Shown here piece by piece: positions 24,901 through 37,200 of a stretch of 64,000 bases of DNA. The position numbers and the translations under genes were made by a program. The notes beneath the pieces are model-generated. The model ran no database searches, was not told where the DNA came from, and saw only the letters and a list, made by a program, of their open reading frames with translations. How positions within the stretch are numbered: the first letter of the stretch is position 1; each line of letters begins with the position of its first letter. This DNA is from Eledone cirrhosa (lineage: Eukaryota), in contig OZ024740.1 of NCBI GenBank assembly GCA_964016885.1, positions 184,512,001 through 184,576,000 of the forward strand, given 5' to 3'.

Positions 24901-25668
24901 CAAAAAGGCTACAGAAGGAATGCTAATGGCTGCGCAGGAGCAGGCCCTCAAAACGAAGTGGTTGAAGCACCATATCTACAAGGAGGAGGCCAGCCCACTG
25001 TGCAGGATCTGTGGAGAGAGAGAGGAGACTGTGGCTCACATTGTGTCCGAGTGTAAACACCTAGCCCAGACCCACTATAAGGGCTGGAGACACGATGTGA
25101 TGGGCAGGGTGATCCACTGGCACCTGTGCAAAGTAAACAATCTACCACATTCTGAGAAATGGTATGAGCATAGGCCAGAGGCGGTGATGGAGAACAATCA
25201 GGTGAAGGTGCTGTGGGATTTTAGGATACAGACGGACAAAAAACTGGAACACAATAGACCTGACCTGGTGGTTGTGGACAAAGAAAAAAGATCGTGCCTG
25301 ATTGTGGATGTGGCCTACCCGTTCGACACGAGAGTGCAAGAGAAGGAGAGGGAGAAAATTAACCGATACCAGGACCTAAAGTGGGAGGTGAAAAGGATTT
25401 GGAACTGCCATGAAGTCAAAGTGATCCCGATTGTCATAGGCGCACTGGGGACTATCTCCAAAAGTTTCCAGGGATGGTTAAAGAAAATCGGCCCCTTCAC
25501 GCTTTTTGGAACGCTTCAAAAGGCATGCTTGCTTGGAACAGCAAGAACCCTCCGATACGTCCTGAATATCTGAGGCTGCAGGTAGTGGCTTGATATTCAA
25601 TCCAACGGACTTTCCAGTTAACCAACATCAATGACTGAGATTCAAGGAATAATAATAATAATAATAAT
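22000..25668 (+). mobile_element. Apparently full-length R4/Dong-like RLE non-LTR retrotransposon
   Basis: Single long ORF, short 3' UTR ending in (AAT)n. The 5' boundary is approximate. Confidence 0.9.
22181..25573 (+). CDS. Non-LTR retrotransposon protein: reverse transcriptase + CCHC zinc knuckle + restriction-like endonuclease (1130 aa)
   Basis: WKSPGPDG, NYRPITCL, WIDYRKAFD, GIFQGDSLSPLLF, LLFMDDLKL, YKYLG, GGRGL, CRICGEREETVAHIVSEC, RHD, RPDLVVVD..IVDVAYP, KINRYQDL and PIVIGALG motifs; no stops or frameshifts. Confidence 0.96.
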   Translation: METRTSCDRLSPNRCPLAQQQEPDCQPNTADVGGRRRRKGARTNWTKELNRTVMQCYLKSNPKERGYRRRMHNIWNEIGLFKLDEQKLAGQARVIRTNGWISELELEELSRENGLEVAGVVCQTSEPVGNEGEEVLRTEEPPEADNDLSTEINNTWNRDTATEEMNADGLGQDSVDILNLVVDELNNDSGRPMNLRFVDRKKLKETTAKVNKVIPYLEARSLHQCNNILRATENTVRKLLGIKARGNNRQERAEPWWKKRLSGQIGEMRNDIGKLESLLNGTLKNIGTKNRLEIKYKTRSKKLNIIIEELKQRIVAKSAKIRRYENRVSQYKQNRMFDNNQTMLFGQLEGKDRGNDLIPGAEQTKTFWRGIWEQDVRHNAQAGWIETVQREIGEQAQQQTDLSITVETLKGQAKKLTNWKSPGPDGVQGYWIKHLTSLHPKLTAMFNDCLVSGEVPEWMTKGTTVPIMKDRIKGNDATNYRPITCLPVMWKLLMSIVSEEIYHHLHTNNLLPDEQKGCRKKSRGTKDQLLIDKMVMGNCRRRHTDLAMGWIDYRKAFDMVPHSWITKSLEIFRVADNIRQLLGRSMGSWETELTSTGVSLGSVKIKRGIFQGDSLSPLLFVLALMPLTIMLRKVRAGYKLGRGELTINHLLFMDDLKLFGKSEKELDVLVDTVSIFSSDICMQFGIGKCGVIVMKRGRLSRSNGIQIPTGEMIKEIDSEEGYKYLGVLEADGIKNKKMKELLRTEYIRRVRSVLKSHLNSRNAISAVNSRAVSIIRYSAGILRWNVAEQKEMDRKTRKLLTIYNMFHKRSDVDRLYLRRSEGGRGLISIEDCVQMEKNNLYKYVTYSKEPMLRAVLKEGTVGQGMSREEITSRRKSSLKGKPLHSTFFERTEFRDPQTWNWLRRGDLKKATEGMLMAAQEQALKTKWLKHHIYKEEASPLCRICGEREETVAHIVSECKHLAQTHYKGWRHDVMGRVIHWHLCKVNNLPHSEKWYEHRPEAVMENNQVKVLWDFRIQTDKKLEHNRPDLVVVDKEKRSCLIVDVAYPFDTRVQEKEREKINRYQDLKWEVKRIWNCHEVKVIPIVIGALGTISKSFQGWLKKIGPFTLFGTLQKACLLGTARTLRYVLNI

Positions 25669-27459
25669 ACTCAAATGAAGTCATCACATACGACTGAAAA
25701 CCTTTGATCAGTTTTCCACTCACTCAATACCAATATCGTTGAGAGAACAACCAAAATGAAAGCAGAAATAGGAAGAAAGATGATTTTGTGTGGGTATAGA
25801 GTTTGCTTCTTTGGTCCCGGATTAATGCATTAATTTCTGCTACTTCATCTGCTGGTTACAGTCACTATGGAGCTGGCATGCACAGAAATAAGGTAATTGG
25901 CTAAGATCAGCTTCATCAGCAAGGATTTATCCTCTTCAGATCGAGCCTAATATCTTGGTTTTAAGTTGCCATTACAGTAGTAAGCTCCTCTCTTAGTGTC
26001 CCATGACAGTGATGAGGAGGTAAGCAAGCACTGGCTAGTTCAAAGAACATGTTTGCATATACATATTACTTCAAGTAATAACAATAAGATACACTTTAAA
26101 TATTTGGGGGTGATATTATTACAGAAATATGTGGATAACTATCATTAAAGATGTTCTAATTGTAACCATCCAACATTTCAAAACAGCCATGTCAGTTTTG
26201 CTTCATGTTTTTGTCCCCTGAGCTTGTCCATTTTCGTTTTTCCTGTTTATTACTTGTGCAAATCTTGTCCTATAAGTATATATATATATATATATGCATG
26301 GGTGTTTGTGCATGTGCATATATGTATGCATGTGTGTGTGTGCATGTGTGCGTGAGTGTGTATATGTGAGTACATGTGTGTGTGCTTTCACTCCTCACTA
26401 CCCTTTTTCTCATTTCCTTTTCCTTCTAAGAATTACCGCTGTTCCCTTTTATTTTCTGATGGACTAGCTTTCGAAACCTTAAGACATTTTCCAATTATAT
26501 CAAGCATTGAAATAATATATCATCATCATATTGAATTGTTCTCCTATATTATTCTTTACTTGTTGACATTTCTCATATTATTTGCTTTTGGTTTCATTTC
26601 TTTCTTTTCTCTCCCTACTCTCTCTCTCTCTTATTCTCTGACTTTGCTGTTGGAACTGGAAAATATATTAAATATTTGATATGGGTCAATTGAGGAGAAA
26701 ATATTGTATTCTTTCTGCATAAATTCTACAAACTAATATTCACGGTACAACTAATACTACTACTAATAATAATAATATTTACTACTACTACTTTTATTAA
26801 TAATAATAAAAGATAAATAAGAATACATTTTTCAAAAGCAATTTCATTGGAATGTTCATCTAGCCTCATGTTTTATTTATTTCAAACAGAATTCATATAA
26901 ACTCATATATACATAGATGTATATTTTAACTATCTAAAGATCTTGTAGCATGTAGTGTAAATTTGGAAGTAACAGGCCACAAGATAAACATTAATAAGCT
27001 ATTAAATTCTGTAATGGTATTGAGTACTCATTCACCAATTCTAAATGGACATATTACATGTGTATGTGTGCGTCCTTGTCTGTGTTCTTGCTTTTCTCCC
27101 ATAATGTAGTAGTTTGGCAATTTGGGATCCATCAAATAAGTAATAGGTTGAAATAAATACTGGGATATTTTTTATCAATAAAACTCTTTATGACATTGAT
27201 TCAGTATGAGTGCAATCCAGTCAAATATTTCAAACAAAACCTATGAAAGATCTTCATCATTTTTCTTGTTATTTTTCATATACTTTGTAGATTCTACATG
27301 TGTGGAGCTAAAACACCACTGCACCTGACCACCCTTATACATGTACAGCGCCCATCTGCTCCAAATACTAAGCCTTACACTCACTAAGGATTTTGCATAG
27401 CAAACACATCCAAAACATAACTAGAACAGTATCTAAAAGGCTAGTACTTCACTTCAAAG

Positions 27460-28086
27460 CCTAGGTTGTACGAAGACTTGAACAAGGGCCTGGAAAACAA
27501 ATGAGGTACATAATAATATAGTATTCCAGCTGGAAATAGGATAGGATATTGTGTAGACAGGCTGTAGAAATGGTAACACTTAATAACCTCTGATCCTTTA
27601 TAAATCTCAGGTATGATCCACATTGGAGTGCTGCTCTCCAAAGATCATAAATGTGATTGGTATAAAATCACTGACATGTTTCAACCTCTGAGCCACAGAT
27701 GTTCTCTCTCTTTCTCTTTATCAGAGAGAGAAAGAGAGAGCTGAAAATATTAAAAAAAAACAAATGAAAAAGATATATATATATATATATAGCAATAGAT
27801 GGAGAAAGAGTCCATGACAACGGCAATATATATATATAGCAATAGATGGAGAAAGAGTCCATGACAACATATTGAAGTTCAGGAAGAGTGTGTGTTAGTA
27901 AAGCTGCAAGGATGCAAAAAAGGTGAGTAATAGAAAAGAAAAAGAAATATCAACATGAATGAGAATGAAGAATAAGCATTAAAGTAAAACAAACAGGATC
28001 TGAAGTGAGACAGCAGTGTAGGGACAAAGGATTATTACGTAAACATGAAAGAAGTGGAGGATTAATGGGCATACAAAGTTCTAGAA

Positions 28087-28175
<89 letters not shown>

Positions 28176-28749
28176 CATCACCGTTTAATGTCCATTTTCC
28201 ATGCTTCCGTGGGTTAGACAGGTTGTCCACGTTCATGAGACAAATCTGGTCAGATTAGCAGTGCCGTACCTTGCTCAGAGAGAGCTGTAAATTTGGTCAC
28301 GATTTTTACAGCTGTATGCCCTTCCTAGCATCAACCACATTTGCAGTGTGGAACAGGATGGCACCATTATGGGGAGGGACAGGCCAATTAGCCATGCTGA
28401 ACCCTTTTCACGGCAGGGCCATAATTTGTGAGCCGCAGTCACATTTACAGTGGCACTATTATATATATATGTTTATGTGTGTGTGTGTTTGTAGACAATG
28501 CAGTAAAATTGCACACAGAATTGTAAACAAAACATGGAACAAATTAACAAAAGAATCTATCTTCTTGCCACTCTCTGGGCAAGTCAATGTTATGCATAAG
28601 TAGAGGGATTCAAAATATTGAGCCTAGGTTGTACGAAGACTTGAACAAGATCCTGGAAAACAAATGAGGTACATAAATATATAATAATATAGTATTCCAG
28701 CTGGAAATAGGATAGGACATTGTGTAGACAGGCTGTAGAAATGGTAACA
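27460..28749. repeat. ~120-bp dispersed direct duplication (27460-27578 and 28623-28749)
   Basis: CCTAGGTTGTACGAAGACTTGAACAAG...AGGCTGTAGAAATGGTAACA occurs twice with few differences. Confidence 0.9.
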
Positions 28750-29164
28750 TAGAAAGAAGAGAAATATCAATAGACATTTCTGAAAAAGGTAAGTATATAG
28801 GTAATCAGACAAATATTTCTGTCCTCTATGAAAGCCAGCTAGTGAAGTGTCAGCAAGTGGAGAGGAGAGAACAAGAAGAAAGAAAAACGAATTCAGAGAG
28901 AATTTTGCATTGATTAATAGTGGTTGACACTCTCACTCAGTATCCAAGATATCTGGTGTTCAATTCTTTGCAGATTCTTCTGTCCATTTTGTTCCACCTG
29001 TCATCTAAGGGATATAGGTTTCAATTCCTCGCAATGCTTCTTAATTCAACTACTTTCTTTATGTGTGTGTGTCTGAGAGTGAGAGGAGGCATCAATATCT
29101 GTTATCATCGACAGATATATCCCTGAACAATTAAAGTATTAAAAGCCATTGATTAAATATTAAC

Positions 29165-29216
<52 letters not shown>

Positions 29217-29571
29217 AGCATCATGATGGTTTTAAAGAAGAATATAACAAAATAAAATGCGTAATGAGCTGAAATGGATGTATTTTTTAAATCAATAAAA
29301 AGTACAAGACGAACAGCCTTAAAATATATTTAAGTCTAACTAATAAACAAAAAGAATATTGTTGTCTTATAACTTTTAAAGAGATACAAATATCGATTGA
29401 AAAGTCCTGTGGCTATGTGTTTTAATATTACTTGCATGAGAATTACTTCACTCTCCCTCTATTAAGACCTCCCTTTCTGCATCTTCACCTTGGTTCCTTA
29501 CATACCTACTTAGATAATATATGCCTGAACAGTATTCAACCTGACTGTCTGTCTCTCACTCTCTCTCTCCC

Positions 29572-29640
<69 letters not shown>

Positions 29641-29827
29641 AGATTAAATTAAGGGTGTCATGTCTGAGAGACATGCACCATATCCACTGTAGAATATGCT
29701 CAAAAATTCCAATGAATAGATCCGACCATTTTATATCAACATTTTATAACAAATTATTCCTTGTGATTGTTTCATATGTTTATTTTATATATATATATAT
29801 ATATATATGTCAATCAATTTCTAGTTG

Positions 29828-29858
<31 letters not shown>

Positions 29859-29859
29859 T

Positions 29860-29982
<123 letters not shown>

Positions 29983-29984
29983 GG

Positions 29985-30210
29985 ATGGTAGCTAAGATGC
30001 TTCCATAGGCGGTATGCCGGTTGAGCACTCTATGCTCTTACAGAGCAGAGTATGATATAATATAAAACGAAAAATCAGTGATGCATCTGAACTCAATTTA
30101 TTGTGTGTTACAATTGTTTCGCCAGCGGACAGCTCGAGACGCGATCATTGTGTGGATCTGTCTGATTCTGGACCCGCAGGTTCAACGGACACGTCTAATA
30201 ATTTCGGAGC
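29985..30210 (-). repeat. Repeat containing a degenerate hammerhead-like motif (Penelope pLTR-like); inverted relative to 33385-33612
   Basis: Reverse complement aligns with 33385-33612 (AGTTCAGATGCATCACTGATTT, GGCATACCGCCTA.GGAAGCA..TAGCTACCA). Confidence 0.65.
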
Positions 30211-30713
30211 CTATTCTTTCACTGGGGATCTGACCCTCTGGGCCAGTACTGTCAAAAACTTCACCCTCTTCGCGCGTTGGCTACGTCATCATAAATACTG
30301 ACCACAGTTATTATTTTGCTGTCGCATGTCTGATACGCTTCAATGAATTACTGCTGTGTTTGGTAGTCCACACATCCACGCGCGCACTCACACACACATA
30401 CACACACACAACCACATAGATACCGACAGTCGTATGCATAGGCTCCCACTATACCCACACATTAAGGAGAACATATAAACATATAAACATACGCATACGT
30501 TCATCCCGAGAGGCACGTACATACATAGACACATGCCCACAGGCCCATATACGTAAACACGCACACACATATGCTCATACACATGCATACGCGTATGTAT
30601 ACACGTACACACAAACATGTACAGACATGTACGTAGACACCCCCCTCCACCCACGCACGCACACACACACGTGCACATATATACACGCACAGATATACAC
30701 TCGCTCGTAAACA

Positions 30714-30753
<40 letters not shown>

Positions 30754-30901
30754 AACAAGCCCTGTTCCCTACAGGGGTGCTTGTACACACACACACACAC
30801 ACACAGGTCCATATACAATCCCACAAATATGCGCATATTTCCATACACACCCACGCACGCATAAAATATATATATATTTTTAAAAAATATAGTAATATTA
30901 T

Positions 30902-30962
<61 letters not shown>

Positions 30963-30965
30963 TAT

Positions 30966-31032
<67 letters not shown>

Positions 31033-31035
31033 TAT

Positions 31036-31098
<63 letters not shown>

Positions 31099-31979
31099 TA
31101 TATATATACACATACATACACATAAACAGAATATATACACAAATATACACAATGGGTCGTACATGAGAGAATGCATCTTGTTATAAACATGTACACATAT
31201 AAAAAATACATACATACACACATATACATACATATACGCATATACATATATATAAAAAGATATAAAATATAAGATATATTAAAAATATCATAAATATTAA
31301 CAATATTTAAAATATTCACAATATACATATAACGGCACATAGAGATACACAGTGTTCTATACATGAAAGGCTGTGCCCAACTGAATGTGTCTACAAAGAT
31401 GTTGTTACGTTGCGACCATGGATCAATCCACGTATGGAATCTTCACGCAAGGCCACATAATGGGCGTGCATCGTATTACAGTACATAGTATGCTCAGACC
31501 GTACAAAGAAAATGCGTACAGAATATATATAAAGACAGGAGGAACGTGTATGCATATGAGGTAGTACACATTATAAGTATGAGATACACACACAGGTCTG
31601 CATACGGAAAATGCGTTAGGTGTTACAAAAAGGAATACGTGGAGGGTGTGCACTCTCTATTGAAAAAAAACACCTGCAATGGGGTGCGTGGACCGGCCAT
31701 ACTGGAGTGTTGAGTGGTTGGGGTATAGTCTTATTGGTGTAAGGCATTTGACCGAATATCAATGGAATCCGGGTCAACTTGTCCTGGCTCAGGTGATGTT
31801 CTTGCCTAGGGAGACGTCCAGAGTCGGGTGGGCATCCTGGTTTACTTCGGCTTACCCCACAGGGCATATATGGTCAACGGGGTATGGTGTCTGATCTCTA
31901 GAGCCGTTTCGCCGCTTTGGTCGGCGTGCGCTCCACCGCCTGCTTTGAGATTGGGCTGCCCGGTGGATAACATGCGGAG

Positions 31980-32400
31980 AGTGTGCACTTTCTCTGGTGT
32001 CTGCACGTCATGATTATTTATGATTTCAGGTTGACCATCTCCATGGCTTCGGATAGGCATAGATTGCACTTTCTATTTCCAGCTGAATAGGCACTCGCGT
32101 GCCGAACGATACTCCAGTTAAGGGCATGCGGGCTGCCTTTGTCTTTCAAGTCCCACACCAGGTCCACCAGCCTAGTAGAGTGCCTCTTGTCCGGTCCCTG
32201 AAAGAGTTTGTGTGGTTATACATCCGCGATTTAAAGGTCGTGGATGTTGCGCCGATGTAGGTGCGCTTTATATTGTGCGTTCTAACCACACATTTATATA
32301 CTAGTCCCTTCGTTAGGCATCTTCCCTGCAGGGGGCACTGTGTGCCAACTCTGCAGTTGCTGGTTCTATCATTATATTGTTCGTTTCGGATGCCTGGCCC
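31980..32400 (-). mobile_element. Penelope-like element GIY-YIG endonuclease remnant
   Basis: NCRVGTQCPLQGRCLTKGLVYKC..TYIGATSTTFKSRMYNHTNSF, continuing after a frameshift as NWSIVRHASAY..KCNLCLSE and CRHQRK. Confidence 0.88.
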
Positions 32401-33107
32401 TTGATCTGCCACGACCCTCTCATGATTCTCTGGGTGATGTTCTGCCGACATGGTGGTCTCTCCTCCGCCACTCGTTACCGCCCAGCATTGGGTTGTATCG
32501 TCTTCCGCAGGTATGGCGGCCGCTGCACGGGCCGGGTTGTAGTTGGAGGACCGGTCCGCGAGGGGCCCTCCAGGCTCCAATGGACGGTCATTCGGCCACC
32601 GCTCTTGCCGGTCGAGGTTCACCATCTTCGCCGTGTTGGTTTTGGCCATGTAGTCGGCCATTTTAGGTGCGGTGGAGAAGGAAAACTATATATATATATA
32701 TATCATTATCATTTCCATGCTTGCAGGGGTTAGACAGGTTGTACATGCCAGGAGGCAACTCTGGCTAGGGTTGGCCAAATGTCGCACCTTGCTTCTCCAG
32801 CAGAGCTGTAAATTTGGCTGGGTATTTTAAAGCTAGATGCCCTTCCTAACACCAACCATGTGATATATATATATATGTGTGTGTGAGTGTGTAAATATAT
32901 ATGTATATTTGTAATAATAATACTATTTATAGTTGTGTATATACTATAAACAACTATAAACAGGAAAGGTCAGTAATTTCCTACTACCTTATTACCAGTA
33001 AGAGAAATAGTAAACCCTGTAAATACGAAACTGTTGCTCACAACATCAATATATATGTATATATATGATTGTTCAGTTGAATAGGAGGTTAATTATATGT
33101 ACAAACA

Positions 33108-33166
33108 TTGATAATGCTCCGATGACTCCAAACGAAAGTTTGGAAGAAACGATTGTCAGCTATTAA
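33108..33166 (+). ncRNA. Minimal type-I hammerhead-ribozyme-like motif (variant core)
   Basis: gct-CCGATGA-c-TCCAAAC[GAAA]GTTTGGA-a-GAAAC-gatt-GTC-agc. The core has C instead of U4 and a C-A mismatch at the base of stem II. Confidence 0.55.
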
Positions 33167-33275
33167 TTGATTTGAACACAACATTGATAATTGTCTAATT
33201 TATTTATGTATATTTGTATATAAACAACATGTATATATGTATGTATATGTGTACGTATATGTATGTACATGTGTA

Positions 33276-33368
<93 letters not shown>

Positions 33369-33384
33369 AAATATGATAAAATTT

Positions 33385-33612
33385 GCTCCGGACGAAATAC
33401 CCGTGTCTGAAAGAACCCGCAGAAGTAGAATCAGCCAGATCCATACAAGGACCATGACTCGAGCTACATGCCGGCGAAACATTTGTAAAACGAAATAAAC
33501 TAAGTTCAGATGCATCACTGATTTACGTTTTCTTTATAATATCTACACTCTACTCTGATGAATATCGAGTGCTAATTTTGGCATACCGCCTAAGGAAGCA
33601 CCATAGCTACCA
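33385..33612 (+). repeat. Repeat containing a degenerate hammerhead-like motif (Penelope pLTR-like)
   Basis: cgtgt-CTGAAAGA-(~60 nt)-GAAAC-attt-GTA-aaacg; homologous to 29985-30210 on the opposite strand. Confidence 0.65.
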
Positions 33613-33684
33613 CTATACACAACTATATATATATATATGTATGTATATGTATGTATATATATGTATGTATATAATGTATCTATA

Positions 33685-33792
<108 letters not shown>

Positions 33793-34037
33793 ATACTTTG
33801 GGAGGGTCATGTTGCCAATAAGAAACACACGCACCAGTTGCTTTCACTTCAATTTATTATATATTTATAAATTTACAAATTATTTTTGAAAAGCATTTAG
33901 AAATGCGCAACCGGTAAAAACTCAAAAACTGAAAACCACAACTGAATACTAACCCATACAATCACTAATACTCTTGTATTCCTAATTAAACCATGTTTCA
34001 ACTGTGAACAATTTGTCAGCATTTTCTATTCCGTTTA

Positions 34038-34082
<45 letters not shown>

Positions 34083-34091
34083 AAGTATATA

Positions 34092-34164
<73 letters not shown>

Positions 34165-34199
34165 GCATATATATATACATAAATATACATATATATATA

Positions 34200-34285
<86 letters not shown>

Positions 34286-34290
<5 letters not shown>

Positions 34291-37200
34291 CTTTATTAGC
34301 CACAGGGGCACAAAAGAAGGGGACAAATACAAAGGGGGAAGTTTACATACAATAAAAACGTGTAAAATGTTATCACAAATGGAATTTAAAAAGTTAGTCG
34401 ATTTTCCCCAATAGAGGGAGACAGTTTATATGGGTAACACATACCCCCGAAAAAAAATGTGCAACCCTCATCTCCAGGAGTACGAAGAGCTTGTACTCCT
34501 TTCCTCTCCTCCTCCTTTTCGTCAACCTACAGGCTGATATAGAGAGAAGGCCCATTCACTCGGGCCATCGTCGCCACTTTCACCCACATTTCATAAAACT
34601 TGCTGGGGTACAGCACCTCTCTCTCCATCCTGATTCTTCTTCCAAAGTGGTATTTGAAAAAAAGAATCAGTTGTTGGCCGGAGAGAAAGGTGTCTGACCT
34701 CAGCCCTTTCAACCTTGTCCACCATACAACCTCTTTCGTCATAGCTATCACACAAAGGAAAACCGCCTCTCCTTCGTTTTTGAAGGAGGGTGACGGTTTG
34801 ATCATGACAATGGACTCGGTGGTCAACTGGATTGGTCCCACCCGCGACGATAGTCGTTCTACATAGCCCCACAGGTCAGTGACGCCCGGGCAGTGTATGA
34901 ATGCGTGCGCGACGGTTTCTTCGTCTCGCACGCACCTCGGACAGATCTTTTTTGCAGGGTCCCTGCCCGAGCGCCCATGTCTGTAGAGCTTGTCTCGAAC
35001 TGGTAGAGCTCCTCGGTAGCACTGCCAGGCCAGGGACTTTTGGAAGTTGTCCATCGGTCGCGGGCGGAAGGTCCTACCGAACAGACTGGCCAGTTCATCT
35101 TCCTCTACGCCTAGAGTTTCACCGAGCCCGTCGTCGCACTTGCTGCGGACCAACCCTCTATAGAATGACGAAGTGGAGTCTCCACTGATAGCCGGGTCCG
35201 CCTGCCAGAGGGCTGTGAGCGCCTGAGCACATTCGATGTGCCAGTCGCCCATTTTCCTCGGTCTTTGCTTGACCCAGGACTGCAGCTCGGTCAGCGAGAC
35301 GAGTCGTGGGAAGGCTCCCCTCACGAACGGGGCCCACACCGGTTGTCCGGTGAGGAATACGTAGAGATGCCGCAGCCTGAGCGCGTGTTTGCGCATCGTC
35401 AACCACGGCATCCCCAGCCCTCCGTTAGAAGGGTGTTGGCAGCAGATGGATCTTCTCACCAAAGGAGCCCGCCTCTTCCAAAAGAATCGGAAGAGCGCGC
35501 GCTCCATTTTGGCGAGCGTTTTGGCTGGACAAGTCACGACGGTCAAGCGGTAATAGATGGCGGACGCTATAAAAGTGTTCGCCACCTCCGCTCGACCTTT
35601 CAAGGATAGTTTGCACTCGGCCCACTTCTGGGTGAGTGCAAACACCTTGGCCGTCACTTCGTTCCAGTTCTTCTCCACCTGGAGGTCCGGACCAAACCAG
35701 ACCCCGAGCAGCTTTACCGGTCCTTCCGTCCAGTGTCCGACGACGCCATCGGACGGCATCGGTCTGCCTCTCCACGATCCGAGTTGCAAACCGATGGACT
35801 TGTCCCGGTTCAGCTTCGCTCCTGTGAGACTTTCGTATTCCTTTAGTAAGGTGCCGACTTCCTCGATTTGCGAGGCGCTCGACACCATTACTGTGACGTC
35901 GTCGGCGTAGGCCGACGCCGCTTTCCGCAGTCCCGGTTCCAGAGGGATGCCCTGCAATAGCTCCAGCTTCCGCAGTAGTGGCTCGAGAGTCTGTACGTAC
36001 AGAAGGGAAGAGAGAGGGCATCCCTGTCGAATGGATCGCGTAATATGGAACGGCTCCGAGAGGTAGCCGTTCACCTTGACCCTTGAGCAGATGTTGCTGT
36101 TGTGCATTGCAGCGATCCAGCCCTTGAACACGGGTCCGAAGCCTGCCGCCTCGAGCACCGCATCCAGGTAACGATGGTCAACCCTATCGAAAGCCTTAGA
36201 CTGATCCAAGTTGATCAGGGCCCCACCGAAGCCGGGTTTACACCTACCCTCTCTATGGTGTATTGCATGAGGTGGAGGTTGTCGTGTATGGACCTGGTCG
36301 GGATTGCGCATGTCTGCGCTTCTCCCACCAGGTTCTCGACGACAAGCGCCAGCCTCTTTGCCAACACCTTGCCCAAAATCTGTAACTCTGTGTTTAGCAG
36401 AGTTATGGGCCGGAAGTTGCCTATGTCATCCCCCTTATTCTCGTCCTTCCTGATTAGTGTGACCACACCCCCGGTTACAGAACTGGGAATTCTCCCGTTC
36501 TGTTGCCAGTTGCAGTAGACCGCTTCCAGGAGACCGGAGAATAAGTCCGGCATTGCTACGTAAAATTCGTAGGGTAGACCGTCGAGACCTGGAGATTTGC
36601 GTTTGCCGCATTGGCTCAGCGCGTCCCCTATCTCAGTGGCTGAAATCGGCTTTTCGCAGAACTTCGCCCCGCTGTCCGAGAGTCGCGGTAGGCCGTCGAG
36701 GTATGGACCGAAATCCATAGCCTCTCCCGGCGCGCCGCTCCTCCCGAACAGTCGAGCAAAGTGCCGCTGAAAAGCCGCACCCATCTGCTTCGGCTCACGT
36801 ATCACGCGTCCGTTTTGGTCCTTCAAAGACCGAATCGTGGACTTGTTGCCACTTTTTTCCTCCGTCACCCGGGCCCAGCTAACAGCTTTGGCTCCCTCGT
36901 TTCCCAGAGCACGTATTTTGCTTCTTACAACGCAGTCCTCGTGCTTTGCGTCGAAGAACTGGTCCAATGCCGTTCTCGTTGCTAGCACGCTGGCTACGTT
37001 GCCACTTCTAATTGCCTCTTCTACTTTATCTACCAGTTCCTTCTCGGTTTTATTTCTATCTAACGCTAATTCTTTACTAAAAACTATCGAGTCTAATCTA
37101 ACTGCCCTCTTGAGAGAGTAGTACCACCATCTGTTGTTGACAATGGCCCCTGTCAAGTGCTGTTTAACTAAAGTGCTAATCTGTCTACTGTAGGCTTTGC

